From a virus (Duplodnaviria; Caudoviricetes): a stretch of DNA of 54,309 bases. The notes under the pieces were generated by a model, which worked only from the letters and a program-made list of their open reading frames with translations, had not been told where the DNA came from and did not search any database. The stretch is from positions 1 through 54,309 of IMG/VR virus record IMGVR_UViG_3300002446_000376; one strand, written 5' to 3'. Shown piece by piece: positions 26,710-37,575 of this stretch. The stretch's first letter is position 1, and each line of letters starts with the position of its first letter. A program made the translations under genes and the position numbers.

Positions 26710-27681
26710 ATGAAAACATTACATATTGATGTATTTAATCCATCTTTGATTTATACGGCCAGCCCATTTTGCGGTGGCCAAGTTTTTGCAAAAGGATTTG
26801 AAAAAAATGGTCACGAAGTATATAGATTTGACTATCGTGCTTCTCAGATTCCTAATAAGGAACTCATAACTTTTGCAGAAACAATAAAACCAGACCTTTT
26901 ATTTTTTGGTAAATGTGAACGAATAACGCCCGAAACAGTCGGGCTTTTGCGGTCTAAGTATCCTAATGCTATTTTTGTTAAATGGCTCGCGGATTGTCGG
27001 AATGAACCGACTGATTTTGATTTGAATCATTTAAAATATATGGATTTGTTAGTTGCAACTCACGCGGGCGAATATTTAGCAAAGCATAAAAAAGTTATGC
27101 CAAGTGGTTCAAAAGCGATGAGTATTTTTACATTTACTGATTCAGATTTTTATAAACATTATGATTATCCGACAGAATTTGAATCTGATGTTTTATGGAC
27201 GGGACGGCGAGGATTTGGCGATAATATGATGAGAAATCAGATAATAGATAAACTTAAAGAGTTGGCAATGAATGTAAAAATGTATGGAGTTGATAATACA
27301 CAATGGCTCGGCTATCCTGAATATTTATATGCTATATGCGGAACAAAAATAGGAATAGGTTCAAATAGTTTTAATAGACGTAAATATTCATCTGATAGAT
27401 TGGGAAATTATATGGCTTGCGGAACTTTTTACTTTCCTCAGTATATAGAAGGAATAGAAGAGTGTTTTACAAGATTCAAAAATTTAGATTGGTTTGAAAC
27501 AATAGACGAAATGGTTTATGGAATTGAGTATTATTTGGAATGTCCAGAAGAAAGAGAAGAAATAGCAAAAAAAGGACAAAAGTTTGTTCTAAAACACTTT
27601 GATACAAAACCACTTGTTAAAAACATATTAAATGTTTTAGAAACAGGAAAATCACTATATAAATGGGACGAAATTATATGA
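26710..27681 (+). CDS. CgeB-like GT-B glycosyltransferase
   Basis: SDVLWTG, TKIGI..YSSDRL.NYMACG, EREEIAKKG. Confidence 0.8.
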   Translation: MKTLHIDVFNPSLIYTASPFCGGQVFAKGFEKNGHEVYRFDYRASQIPNKELITFAETIKPDLLFFGKCERITPETVGLLRSKYPNAIFVKWLADCRNEPTDFDLNHLKYMDLLVATHAGEYLAKHKKVMPSGSKAMSIFTFTDSDFYKHYDYPTEFESDVLWTGRRGFGDNMMRNQIIDKLKELAMNVKMYGVDNTQWLGYPEYLYAICGTKIGIGSNSFNRRKYSSDRLGNYMACGTFYFPQYIEGIEECFTRFKNLDWFETIDEMVYGIEYYLECPEEREEIAKKGQKFVLKHFDTKPLVKNILNVLETGKSLYKWDEII

Positions 27682-28430
27682 AAGCAATAGAGCAATTAAA
27701 AAATACAGTTATACAAGGAGACTGTCTCATTGAAATGAAGAATATTCCAGATAAATCAATAGATATGATTTTATGTGACCTCCCTTATGGCACGACCGCC
27801 TGCAAATGGGACACTGTTATACCTTTTGAACCGTTATGGGAGCAATACAAACGGGTTATTAAAGACAACGGAGCTATCGTGCTTACCGCCAGCCAACCTT
27901 TTACAAGTGCTTTAGTGAAGAGTAACCAAAAAATGTTCAAATATGAATGGATATGGGAAAAAAGTAGAGCATCTAATTTTGTAAATGCAAAATACAGTCC
28001 TCTTAAATATCACGAAAATATTTTAATATTTGGAAATAAAACTAAATATAACCCGCAAATGACCATTGGAGAAAAATATAGTACAAGACACAATACAAAA
28101 AGAAAGTCAAATGGTATTTTTGGAAATGCTCAATTACATTCAGATATATCAATAAAAAAAGAAATAAGAAACACAAGGTTTCCAAATTCAATAATAAAAA
28201 TAAAAAGTTTAAGGCAACAAAGCATTATTCATCCCACTCAAAAACCAGTAGCACTGTTTGAGTACCTTATAAAAACATATACAAGCGAAGGAGATTTAGT
28301 TTTGGATAACGCGGCAGGAAGTGGAACAACAGGAATCGCTTGTAAAAATTTAAATAGAAATTATATTCTTATTGAAAAAGAACCTCAATATATAGAAATA
28401 ATAAATAAAAGATTATCTAATAATATATGA
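27678..28430 (+). CDS. N6/N4 DNA methyltransferase
   Basis: CDLPYGTT, HPTQKPVAL, DNAAGSGTT. Confidence 0.92.
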   Translation: MKAIEQLKNTVIQGDCLIEMKNIPDKSIDMILCDLPYGTTACKWDTVIPFEPLWEQYKRVIKDNGAIVLTASQPFTSALVKSNQKMFKYEWIWEKSRASNFVNAKYSPLKYHENILIFGNKTKYNPQMTIGEKYSTRHNTKRKSNGIFGNAQLHSDISIKKEIRNTRFPNSIIKIKSLRQQSIIHPTQKPVALFEYLIKTYTSEGDLVLDNAAGSGTTGIACKNLNRNYILIEKEPQYIEIINKRLSNNI

Positions 28431-28654
28431 CAATAACAGAAAACAATTATATTAAATGTCGTGGCGGAGCAGTAGAAAACATAGGAGGAAAAATAAGAAT
28501 TGCGTTTTTTCGTTGCCCTAAATGTAGAGAATGGGTGTCGTTGTATAAAGAAGATTTAGACAGCGAAGGAAAAACTCGGAATCCAAAAAAATGTACTTGC
28601 GGATTTATTGATATGTTGTATTTAGATGAATTTGATGAAGATGATGATTACTAA
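28427..28654 (+). CDS. small zinc-binding protein with acidic tail
   Basis: CPKC...CTCG. Confidence 0.6.
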   Translation: MTITENNYIKCRGGAVENIGGKIRIAFFRCPKCREWVSLYKEDLDSEGKTRNPKKCTCGFIDMLYLDEFDEDDDY

Positions 28655-28655
28655 T

Positions 28656-28684
28656 TTGACTAATTTTATAAAATATGATAGTAT
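28656..28684 (+). promoter_or_regulatory. sigma70 promoter inside glycan island
   Basis: TTGACT-17-TAGTAT with TG extension. Confidence 0.6.
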
Positions 28685-28694
28685 ATAATAGAAT

Positions 28695-29393
28695 ATGAAA
28701 ATAACAACAATTCTTCAAACATACCGCCGTCCTTCCTATTTTTTGGAACAATATAATTCTATAAAAAATCAAACTATTAAATCTGATAAAATTATTGTTG
28801 TAGAAAATAATGGAGGGTGTGAATTTAATTATCCAGATGATGTTGAAGTAATAAAATCAAGTGTTAATAAAAAATATCATTTTCGTTTTGCGATTGGATT
28901 GTTAGAAGATTGCGATTATTTGTTTTTTTATGATGACGATACGATACCCAATATTCGTTGGACTGAAAATTGTTTAAATACAATAGAAAAACACGATTGT
29001 ATATGCGTAACAAATTCTAGAAATGTTTTGCCAGATGGCAGGCAAACATGTCCAGCAGGATGGGGTGTCCCAAATAACGAAGAAGTTAAAAGTTGGTTCG
29101 GAGGACATTCTTGGGCGTTAAGAAAGGAAACATTAAAATATATGTTTTTTGATGATATTCAAAATTATAATAATGGGGAAGATGTCCAGATAAGTGCAAA
29201 CGCTTGGTTATATGGTAATATTCCTACTTACTGCCCGCCACATCCAACAAATGATTTTAGTTTATGGGGATCGATAAAAGGGAAAGAATTTGGAAATGAT
29301 AAAGTAGCTTCTTATTTAAATAATCCAATACATTATTCGGAAAGAATAAAATTAATACAATATTATTTAAACAAAGGATGGAATCCTATATAA
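28695..29393 (+). CDS. GT2-like glycosyltransferase
   Basis: ILQTYRRP, FYDDDTIP, GEDVQIS. Confidence 0.85.
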   Translation: MKITTILQTYRRPSYFLEQYNSIKNQTIKSDKIIVVENNGGCEFNYPDDVEVIKSSVNKKYHFRFAIGLLEDCDYLFFYDDDTIPNIRWTENCLNTIEKHDCICVTNSRNVLPDGRQTCPAGWGVPNNEEVKSWFGGHSWALRKETLKYMFFDDIQNYNNGEDVQISANAWLYGNIPTYCPPHPTNDFSLWGSIKGKEFGNDKVASYLNNPIHYSERIKLIQYYLNKGWNPI

Positions 29394-29396
29394 AAA

Positions 29397-30008
29397 ATGG
29401 ATAAAAAATTAGCATTAGAAGCATTAAAAAAAGAACACATGGAAATTTATAATTTTTATAATAAAAATAAATATCCAAATTTTCCTTTTATTAAAGAAAG
29501 AAGATTGTATGAATTAAATTGGCTGTTGCCGAGATTAAAAGGAAAAACATTGATTGATATTGGGTGTGGGGATGGTGCTTTACTTGATTGTTTGTATAGA
29601 TTAACAGATTTAGAATTATCAGGCTGTGATTTTTCTGAAAAGTTAATGCAAAATACAAATAAAAACATAAAAACTTTTTATTATGATTGTAAAAAACCAA
29701 AAAAGCTAAAAGCTGATATTATAATACTTGCTTCAGTTTTGCCTTATTTAGAAGATCAAGAAATAAAGAATTTATTGGAAAATATAGAATATAACTATTT
29801 GTTTGTTAGAACCCCTTGTAGCACCGAAAGAGAAAAAATTGATAAATTTTCAGAAGATTTAAATGATTATTATCAAGCATTATATAGAACATTAGATGAA
29901 ATGATTGATATTTTACCAAATGTTATTGAGTATTCAAGAATTTATCCAGACGAAATAGAAAGTAAATATGGAACTAATCAGTATTATTTTATTTGTAAAA
30001 AAATATGA
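29397..30008 (+). CDS. class I SAM methyltransferase
   Basis: LIDIGCGDG, GCDFS. Confidence 0.85.
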   Translation: MDKKLALEALKKEHMEIYNFYNKNKYPNFPFIKERRLYELNWLLPRLKGKTLIDIGCGDGALLDCLYRLTDLELSGCDFSEKLMQNTNKNIKTFYYDCKKPKKLKADIIILASVLPYLEDQEIKNLLENIEYNYLFVRTPCSTEREKIDKFSEDLNDYYQALYRTLDEMIDILPNVIEYSRIYPDEIESKYGTNQYYFICKKI

Positions 30009-30565
30009 AAAAAATATTTTTTGATTTGGGTGCGGGAGTTAAAAATTCTGAAGCGTGGTGTAAAGATTTGTGGAAAGATTATATTATTATTGGAGTAGAA
30101 CCAGACCTAACGAGATATAATGAATTAAAAGACATATTTCCTGGTAAATTGTTAAATTTAGCAATATCAGATAAAGAAGAAGAAATTTCTGGAATTATAC
30201 ATGATACTAGTGGGTTTATAGTGGGAGGGTATCCAGGATATAATAAATTTATAAAAATAAAAGCAGTTACACTTGATTCAATATATAAACAATATTTTAA
30301 TCCTGAAGAAATTTCAGAAATTGCTATTTGGGCGGATATTGAAGGAAGCGAATTACGGATGCTTCGTGGAGCGACTGAAGTTTTGAAAAAAACAAATTGG
30401 ATAAACGTTGAACTTCATACGCACCCTCAAACAAACGATTGGTGTAATTCTTCAGATGTTTATAAATTTTTAGAAAAATTAGGATTTAAAACGGAAACAA
30501 AAGAAAAACCATATACACCAAATCACGATAGTTGTTATGATGCGTTATTTATAAGAAACATATAA
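30005..30565 (+). CDS. FkbM-family methyltransferase
   Basis: FDLGAG, GVEP, TLDSI, ADIEGSELRMLRGA. Confidence 0.88.
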   Translation: MKKIFFDLGAGVKNSEAWCKDLWKDYIIIGVEPDLTRYNELKDIFPGKLLNLAISDKEEEISGIIHDTSGFIVGGYPGYNKFIKIKAVTLDSIYKQYFNPEEISEIAIWADIEGSELRMLRGATEVLKKTNWINVELHTHPQTNDWCNSSDVYKFLEKLGFKTETKEKPYTPNHDSCYDALFIRNI

Positions 30566-31173
30566 TGAGAAAAATAAAAAATAATAACATAAATACGAAC
30601 GAGTATTGGGACGGATTTGCTACTGATTCTTATATGCAAGCAGATATAAATCGTGGCGGTAGTATTTGTAAATTTAATACTATTTGTGATATTTTACCAA
30701 AAAACTCCGATATTTTGGACATTGGTTGCTTAAACGGTAATCTTTATAATTTTATAAAGAATAAGAATTTTCCTATTAAATCTTTTACTGGTGTTGATTT
30801 ATCAGAAAAATTAATCAATTTAGCGAAAACTCGTTTTCCAGAACAGTCTTGGGCACAAGCGGACGCTCATAAATTACCTTTTGGAGATAAAAAATTCGAT
30901 GTTGTTTGTATGCTTGAAACATTAGAGCACGTCGATAAGCCGATTGAATTAGTAAAAGAGGCAGTTCGAGTTATTAAAAAAGATGGTGTTTTAATTGTTT
31001 CCGTGCCGAATGAATTAAAAATAGAAGATCCTGCTCATATCTGGTCTTTCACGGCTACTGATTTATTTAATCTTTTATCTCAATTCAGCACCAATGTTCA
31101 AATTTTACAAACTTGTTCTAATAATAGAAATCTTATAGGTAAAGTTATTATAGATTTTACTACTTATCAATGA
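30565..31173 (+). CDS. class I SAM methyltransferase
   Basis: ILDIGCLNG, LPF..FDVV..ETLEH. Confidence 0.88.
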   Translation: MRKIKNNNINTNEYWDGFATDSYMQADINRGGSICKFNTICDILPKNSDILDIGCLNGNLYNFIKNKNFPIKSFTGVDLSEKLINLAKTRFPEQSWAQADAHKLPFGDKKFDVVCMLETLEHVDKPIELVKEAVRVIKKDGVLIVSVPNELKIEDPAHIWSFTATDLFNLLSQFSTNVQILQTCSNNRNLIGKVIIDFTTYQ

Positions 31174-31958
31174 AAAAAATATCAGTAGTTACATCAGTTT
31201 TATGTCCGAGCAAAGAAGCATTTCAAATTATTGTAAAATGTATGCTTTCAGTTAGTAAAGCGGTTGATAAAGTAAATGGTGAATATATTATAGTTGACGA
31301 TAACTCAGCATTTGGCGGTAAATTTTTTAAAAAAATATCAGATATTTGTATAAAAAATGAAAAAACATCTGGGGTTTCTGTTTCTTTAAATAAAGGAATG
31401 AAAATTTCAAATGCAGATTTTGTTGTTAAATTAGATTCTGACTATTTAGTTCCTGAAAATTTATTTGAAGTATTATTGAAAGATTGGTCAGATGATTGTG
31501 CATTTATTTCTCCTTCTTATTTATTATCAAGACCAGAAATTAAAGATTTGTTAGATGTTAAAAATTTACCAAAAATAGAAGGAGGAGTTTATGAAAGACC
31601 GCCAGGAATGGCAGGAGAATATATTAAATCAAAATATCAATGGGGAGGTGGAATCTTAATGTTTGATAGAAAAAAGATAGAAGAAATTGGTTATTTTGAT
31701 GAAAGTTTTGGTATCGGAGGAGCACAAGACAATGATGTTATATATGAATTACTTGATAAAGGGTATAATTGGAAATGGGATAATAATGTTGTTACCAGAC
31801 ATTTTGCTTCTATATCTTCAACAGATAAAAAATCAACTCAAGATTATACTGAAATAAGAAAAATTGGAGTCCAAAGATTCGTGGAGAAACACGGATGGGA
31901 GCCCGGAGGTTTTATTTCTAAAATATATCAGAAGTTTGGTTATAAATTTAATTATTAA
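31170..31958 (+). CDS. GT2 glycosyltransferase
   Basis: IIVDDNS, LDSD, IGYFDESF..QDND. Confidence 0.88.
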   Translation: MKKISVVTSVLCPSKEAFQIIVKCMLSVSKAVDKVNGEYIIVDDNSAFGGKFFKKISDICIKNEKTSGVSVSLNKGMKISNADFVVKLDSDYLVPENLFEVLLKDWSDDCAFISPSYLLSRPEIKDLLDVKNLPKIEGGVYERPPGMAGEYIKSKYQWGGGILMFDRKKIEEIGYFDESFGIGGAQDNDVIYELLDKGYNWKWDNNVVTRHFASISSTDKKSTQDYTEIRKIGVQRFVEKHGWEPGGFISKIYQKFGYKFNY

Positions 31959-31961
31959 AAT

Positions 31962-32564
31962 ATGGCAAGAGAACTTATTATTTCGTTTGATGATTATTGG
32001 GAAAAAAACGATAGACAAAAAGAGTTAGATAGTTTATATAAAGAATTTCCATATATTAAAATAACATTATTTGTTATTACTGGAAAATGTTCAGAAGAGT
32101 TTTTAAAAAAAGCTAAAAATAAAAATACGCAATTGTGTTACCATTCTCACGAGCACTCAGGCGAATGGTTACATTGGACTAAAGAAAGAACTAAAGAATT
32201 ATTACTTGATTGTCAAAAATATGGGTTTGAGCAAGGCTTCAAAAGTCCTGCGTATAAATGGAAAGAACCACATATTAAAGCTTGCGACGAATTAGGATAT
32301 TGGATTTGTTCTGGTTCAACTGTTCCTGTTACGGCAAAAAAATATTGGCACACAAGTCCGTACGAAGGGCTTACTAAATACCCTAATAAAGAATATGACG
32401 AATATTATGACCATTTTCAAAGAGAAGAATTTTGCCAGCGTTTAGAAGAATTAAAACAATTTATTAGAGAAACACGACCAACTTTTAAATTTATTTCAGA
32501 AAAAGTAATAACAAACACTTGTAAAGATTATGAACAGCAAAACCTTGCATATTATTGGAAATGA
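31962..32564 (+). CDS. polysaccharide deacetylase-like protein
   Basis: ISFDD, ITLFV, HSHEH, GFKSPAY. Confidence 0.75.
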   Translation: MARELIISFDDYWEKNDRQKELDSLYKEFPYIKITLFVITGKCSEEFLKKAKNKNTQLCYHSHEHSGEWLHWTKERTKELLLDCQKYGFEQGFKSPAYKWKEPHIKACDELGYWICSGSTVPVTAKKYWHTSPYEGLTKYPNKEYDEYYDHFQREEFCQRLEELKQFIRETRPTFKFISEKVITNTCKDYEQQNLAYYWK

Positions 32565-33282
32565 ATTTACTAGAAATATCGGACATCCTGACGAATGGTG
32601 GGAACATAGATTAAAAATATACGAACACTATTGTTTAGAAAGTATTAAAAATCAAACAAATAAGAATTTTGTTTTAACAATGACGACTGATTATGTTCCT
32701 GATAAATACAGAGAGGTTATAAAACAGATATTAGAACAAAGTGGGATAACTTATTATATTAGGAACGTAAAAGATATTAGTTTTTCTGATTTTATAAAAC
32801 AATTTTCAGAAGGATATGACTATATTTATCATACAAGAATAGATTCGGATGATTTGTTTCATAAAGACGCAGTTAAAGAAATACAAAGTTATGATTTTGA
32901 AGAACGGCGGGCTTTAGTGTTTCAAAAAGGATATTGTTTAGATTGTAGAGGAGGAAGACTTCAACATTATTATATGCCGTCGCCACCATTTTCTACGATA
33001 ATGTATCCAATTAATGTTTATTTAGATGAAAACAAACAAGACGAATATAAGCAATTTAGAAGCCACGACGAATTAGTTTATAAAATGAATACGATAGTTT
33101 TATCAGAAAATAAATTTATTGTCAATGTTCACGGAACAAATAGAATAACTATTTATCACGACGATAGAACGATTTTTACAGGGCACGAAAAAGAAACAGA
33201 AATAACTGAAAATGTAGATAATATTTTAGAAAATTTTGGAATAAATTTAAATACTTATAATGAAAAAATCAGACAAAATTGA
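32530..33282 (+). CDS. putative rhamnosyltransferase-like GT-A protein
   Basis: RLKIYEHYCLESIKNQTNKNF, TRIDSDD, VHGTN. Confidence 0.75.
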   Translation: MNSKTLHIIGNEFTRNIGHPDEWWEHRLKIYEHYCLESIKNQTNKNFVLTMTTDYVPDKYREVIKQILEQSGITYYIRNVKDISFSDFIKQFSEGYDYIYHTRIDSDDLFHKDAVKEIQSYDFEERRALVFQKGYCLDCRGGRLQHYYMPSPPFSTIMYPINVYLDENKQDEYKQFRSHDELVYKMNTIVLSENKFIVNVHGTNRITIYHDDRTIFTGHEKETEITENVDNILENFGINLNTYNEKIRQN

Positions 33283-34303
33283 AGATGTGATTTGCCTCGG
33301 AACTAGGCCAGAAATTTCAAAATTTTTTCCTATTATTAGAAAGCTTCCTTGTTTCATTATTCACACAGGGCAACATTCTGATTTAGCAAAGATGATGTTT
33401 GATTTTTTCAAAATCGTGCCAGATGTTGATTTGAAGTTAATGAAAGAAAATCAAGATATTTGGGAATTTCTATCTAATGCTATTTTTGAAATAGATAAAG
33501 AAGTTAAAAAATATGATTTTAAACGACTTTGGGTTCAAGGGGATACTGCTACGGCACTTGCAGGAGCAATAGTCGCAAAACGAAATAATATAAAGTTAGT
33601 GCATTTGGAAGCAGGGTTAAGAACTGGAGATATTAATTCTCCTTTTCCAGAAGAAATAAACAGAGTATTAATAGATCAAATGTCTGATATTTTATTTGCT
33701 CCGACCGATAGAGCAGTTAAAAATCTTTTAAATGAAAAAGTAAAAGGAGAAATAAGATTAGTTGGAAATACTGAAGTTGAGTCTTTAAATATTATTAAAA
33801 AAACAATATCAAACAAAAGACCTATAAAAGAAAAATATATTTTAGTAACATTACACAGAAGAGAAACATTTGGTAAAGAGTTAGAAGAAATATTTAAAGC
33901 ATTAAAAGAGTTAAGTAAAGATATAAATATAGTTTTTCCTTGCCACCCAAATCCAAACGTTAGAAAGATAGCGGATAAAATAGGAATAAATTATATTGAA
34001 CCAGTAAATTATTTTGAATTTTTAAGATATTTAAAATTTTGTGAGTTAGTGATTTCAGATTCTGGAGGAACAAGCGAGAATACACCTTCTTTTAAAAAGA
34101 AAATAGTTATAATGAGAAAGAAAACAGAGCGTCAAGAAATTGTTGACGAAGGATATGGTGTTTTAATAGAAAAAATGGAAAAAAATTATATTTTGAAAAA
34201 AATACGCAAATTTATGAAAAAGAAAGTTAATATAACGCATAATTCATTCGGTGATAGTCGCGTTTCTGATAGAATATTAAAAATTATTAAAGGAAATGAA
34301 TAA
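33260..34303 (+). CDS. wecB: UDP-N-acetylglucosamine 2-epimerase
   Basis: GTRPE, HTGQH, VQGDT, HLEAGLR, PFPEEINR, TLHRRE, SDSGG. Confidence 0.95.
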   Translation: MKKSDKIEDVICLGTRPEISKFFPIIRKLPCFIIHTGQHSDLAKMMFDFFKIVPDVDLKLMKENQDIWEFLSNAIFEIDKEVKKYDFKRLWVQGDTATALAGAIVAKRNNIKLVHLEAGLRTGDINSPFPEEINRVLIDQMSDILFAPTDRAVKNLLNEKVKGEIRLVGNTEVESLNIIKKTISNKRPIKEKYILVTLHRRETFGKELEEIFKALKELSKDINIVFPCHPNPNVRKIADKIGINYIEPVNYFEFLRYLKFCELVISDSGGTSENTPSFKKKIVIMRKKTERQEIVDEGYGVLIEKMEKNYILKKIRKFMKKKVNITHNSFGDSRVSDRILKIIKGNE

Positions 34304-35579
34304 TATTTGCATAATAATGATGACTTTTAACAGACCTAAATATATTGAAAGGTCTATTGAAAGTTTATATAAGCGGGCAGGACAAGAGTTTGATTTATAT
34401 ATTTTTGACGACAACTCGGATAAAGAAACTTTTGAATTATTAAATCAATTAAAAGAAAAACATAACTTCACTATTTTTAGAAATAAAGAAACATTAGGAT
34501 TATATAGGAATTTTTGTATTAACTTAGATAAAATAAAAAAGGATTATGATTATTATATAAAATTAGATAGTGATATTGAAATTCTTTCAGATTATTTTCT
34601 TCCTAATATGTTAGAAAATTTTCAATATCCAGAATATGTTAGTTGTTTGGTTCCAAGGGCGCAAGGTATATTTAATATAGATAGAAATGATTATCCAATA
34701 AATTTCTATGGCGGGCATACTATAAAGAAAAATGCTCCTATAGTATATGGATGTTGTTTTATATTTAGAAAAGAAGTTTTTAAAACTTTAAATTTACCTA
34801 AAAATACACAAGAAAAATGGGGAATAGATTCTGTATTATATGATTATGCAAAAAAACATGGCAATGTTCTGTTAGTAGAGGATGTTGATGTTTATCACAT
34901 AGATAATACTTTCGGTCAACGTAGAATAAATGGTAAATATTTTTTAGATAGAAATAGATGGAACTCTGCCGATTGTAGTGATATATGGTTTCTTGAAATG
35001 TCTAAATTAATATATCCAAAAAAAATTGATAGAATTGCTATGAAAGCAATAAAACAAATGTCGAACAATTATGAAGATTTTAAAAATAAATGTAATGAAT
35101 TTTTAAATAAAAAATTAAATTTATCAACAATAAATAAAAAACAAAAAATTATGAAAACAGTATATAAAATAACATCGCCAATGAATTTTGGCAAGGACGA
35201 AAATATTGAGCACGGAACTTTCAAATATTTTTCAGAAATTCCTGCTTGGGCAAAAAACAACACAAAGGTCGTAGTAGAAAAAGAGCAAGTAATAGATGAT
35301 TTTCAAGAAATAATAGAAAAAGAAAATCAAATATTAAATGAAAAAGAAAAAGCCAGCAGTACCATTTCGGATGAAACCGATGAAAACAAAGAAGGTGTAC
35401 AAAAAGAAGAAAAAGAGAAAAAAGAAGATAATAAAGATACCAGTGAGAGTGTTCCTACAAAGAAAAAGAGAGCAGGTAGACCAAGTAATAAAATCAACAA
35501 ATCAAATAATAAAATAAATAAAAACAATGATATTCGGAAAACAAATATTGAATCTAAAAACACGCCAGCCGTTAGTTAA
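34296..35579 (+). CDS. GT2 glycosyltransferase with charged low-complexity C-terminus
   Basis: MTFNRP, FDDNS, KLDSD; tail ends KKKRAGRPSNK. Confidence 0.85.
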   Translation: MNNICIIMMTFNRPKYIERSIESLYKRAGQEFDLYIFDDNSDKETFELLNQLKEKHNFTIFRNKETLGLYRNFCINLDKIKKDYDYYIKLDSDIEILSDYFLPNMLENFQYPEYVSCLVPRAQGIFNIDRNDYPINFYGGHTIKKNAPIVYGCCFIFRKEVFKTLNLPKNTQEKWGIDSVLYDYAKKHGNVLLVEDVDVYHIDNTFGQRRINGKYFLDRNRWNSADCSDIWFLEMSKLIYPKKIDRIAMKAIKQMSNNYEDFKNKCNEFLNKKLNLSTINKKQKIMKTVYKITSPMNFGKDENIEHGTFKYFSEIPAWAKNNTKVVVEKEQVIDDFQEIIEKENQILNEKEKASSTISDETDENKEGVQKEEKEKKEDNKDTSESVPTKKKRAGRPSNKINKSNNKINKNNDIRKTNIESKNTPAVS

Positions 35580-35919
35580 ACAATTTCCAACGGATGAAGA
35601 AAAAAATGAAGGAAAAATATTAAATGAAACATTTGGTGATGTTATATTAAATAGTCTAAACCACTATTCAGGGGAATCCCGTCTCGATGGATTTTATGCA
35701 AATTCATTAGCTCAACTTATTATAAATTCAAAAGAAGATGAAGATATTGAGTTAAAAGAAAAATATAAATCATATCTTAAAAAAGTTTTAGATAAATCTA
35801 TTATTCAAATTATCAAAAATAAAGACGGAGTGACTGGTATTATTGGTATTTATCCTGCTTGGGTTATTTCACAAGTTTTATCTGAAATTCTAACAGAAGA
35901 AGAAATAGAAAAAATATGA
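35527..35919 (+). CDS. hypothetical protein
   Basis: 130-aa ORF coupled to neighbours. Confidence 0.65.
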   Translation: MIFGKQILNLKTRQPLVKQFPTDEEKNEGKILNETFGDVILNSLNHYSGESRLDGFYANSLAQLIINSKEDEDIELKEKYKSYLKKVLDKSIIQIIKNKDGVTGIIGIYPAWVISQVLSEILTEEEIEKI

Positions 35920-36713
35920 AAAATATAGCAATAGCTGGTCTTGGTTTTGTCGGCGGAGCATTATTAAAATATTTTGAAAAACAAAATATAAATGTTTTTA
36001 AGTATGATAAAGGAAAGAATATTGGTTCCATTGAAGAATTAAACAAAGGAGATTATATTTTTATTTGTGTTCCGACTAATTATAAAAATGGAAAATGCGA
36101 TACTTCCATTGTAGAAGATGTAGTTAATAAATTAGAAGGCAGTAAAGTAATAATAATTAAATCAACAGTTATTCCTGGTACTACAAAAACACTTCAAGAA
36201 AAATATCCGCAACATAAATTTTTATTTAATCCTGAATTTTTAACAGAAGTTACTGCTGACCAAGATTGTCAATTTCCTGACAGGCAGTTGCTCGGCTACA
36301 CTAATGAAAGTTTTACTGTTGCTGAAGATGTTATGTTAATGCTTCCGTTAGCTCCTTATGAAAAAATAATTCCTTGTACTGAAGCGGAATATATTAAATA
36401 CTTTGGAAATTGTTGGTTTGCGGTTAAAGTTGCATTTGCAAATCAAATGTATGATTTAACACAAAAATTAGGAATTGAATACGATACTATTAAAGAGGGA
36501 GTAGCGGCTGATAAAAGAATAGGAAGAACACATCTTGAAATATGGCATAAAGGGTTTAAAGGATTTTCTGGAAGTTGCTTACCAAAAGATTCAAAAGCTC
36601 TTATTTCTTTTGCAAAAAATAATAATATTGATTTATCAATTCTTCAAGCAACTAATGATTATAATGATGCTTTGTTGAAATCGCAAGGTATTCCTTTAGT
36701 AAATGTTGAATAA
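35916..36713 (+). CDS. ugd: UDP-glucose/GDP-mannose dehydrogenase (short form)
   Basis: GLGFVG, ICVPT, KSTVIPGT, NPEFL, GFSGSCLPKD. Confidence 0.9.
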   Translation: MKNIAIAGLGFVGGALLKYFEKQNINVFKYDKGKNIGSIEELNKGDYIFICVPTNYKNGKCDTSIVEDVVNKLEGSKVIIIKSTVIPGTTKTLQEKYPQHKFLFNPEFLTEVTADQDCQFPDRQLLGYTNESFTVAEDVMLMLPLAPYEKIIPCTEAEYIKYFGNCWFAVKVAFANQMYDLTQKLGIEYDTIKEGVAADKRIGRTHLEIWHKGFKGFSGSCLPKDSKALISFAKNNNIDLSILQATNDYNDALLKSQGIPLVNVE

Positions 36714-37575
36714 AATTTTAATTACAGGAAATAAAGGATTTTTAGGAACTCATACGCAAAACGAATTAGAAAAACTTGGTAATCAAGTTATTGGTTTTGA
36801 TATAAAAAATGATTTTGCTGAAGATATACGAAACAAAGATTATCTTGATAAAGTATTTGAAGAAAATAAACCAGATATTGTTATTCATTTTGCGGCCAGA
36901 CCTGGTGTTAGGAAATCTGCAATCGTTCCAGAAGAATATATAACTACTAACATAATCGGAACTTTAAATGTTTTAGAATGTTGTAAAAAACATAAAACAA
37001 AGAAAGCATTAGTTGCTTCTTCATCTTCAATCTACGGCGAGCAACCAGATTGTTTATTAAAAGAAGAAATGGTATGTGAAAATCCAAAATCTATTTACGC
37101 AATGACTAAAAAATCAGTAGAAACATTGTGTAAATTATATTCTTCAGATATGAAAGTTTATGTATTTAGGCCATTCAGTGTTTATGGCGAAAATGGGCGA
37201 CCAGATATGGCAATAGGACAATTATTAAACATTTATAAAAAAGGAGGCGTTTTTGAAAAATACGGCAATGGTAACTCTGTTAGAACTTATACCAATGTTC
37301 ACGATTTTGTTGATTGTTTAATTAAATTGATGTATTATGATAGTATAAACAATTATGAAGTGTTTAATATTGGCGGGGCAGAGAAAATATCATTAAATCA
37401 TTTATTAAAAATTATAATGAATATATTTCCTTTACGAATAAAAGAAATGCCGTTTAATGAACTTGATGTAACTTCGTCGTGTGCCGATATTTCAAAAGCA
37501 AAACAAGTATTAAATTGGGAACCTGTTAGGAATTTTGAAGAAGAAATAATTAAAATATTTAAAAACAATGAGTAA
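36703..37575 (+). CDS. NAD-dependent sugar epimerase (UDP-glucuronate 4-epimerase-like)
   Basis: TGNKGFLG, HFAARPGVRKS, ASSSSIYG, YAMTK, GRPDMA. Confidence 0.9.
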   Translation: MLNKILITGNKGFLGTHTQNELEKLGNQVIGFDIKNDFAEDIRNKDYLDKVFEENKPDIVIHFAARPGVRKSAIVPEEYITTNIIGTLNVLECCKKHKTKKALVASSSSIYGEQPDCLLKEEMVCENPKSIYAMTKKSVETLCKLYSSDMKVYVFRPFSVYGENGRPDMAIGQLLNIYKKGGVFEKYGNGNSVRTYTNVHDFVDCLIKLMYYDSINNYEVFNIGGAEKISLNHLLKIIMNIFPLRIKEMPFNELDVTSSCADISKAKQVLNWEPVRNFEEEIIKIFKNNE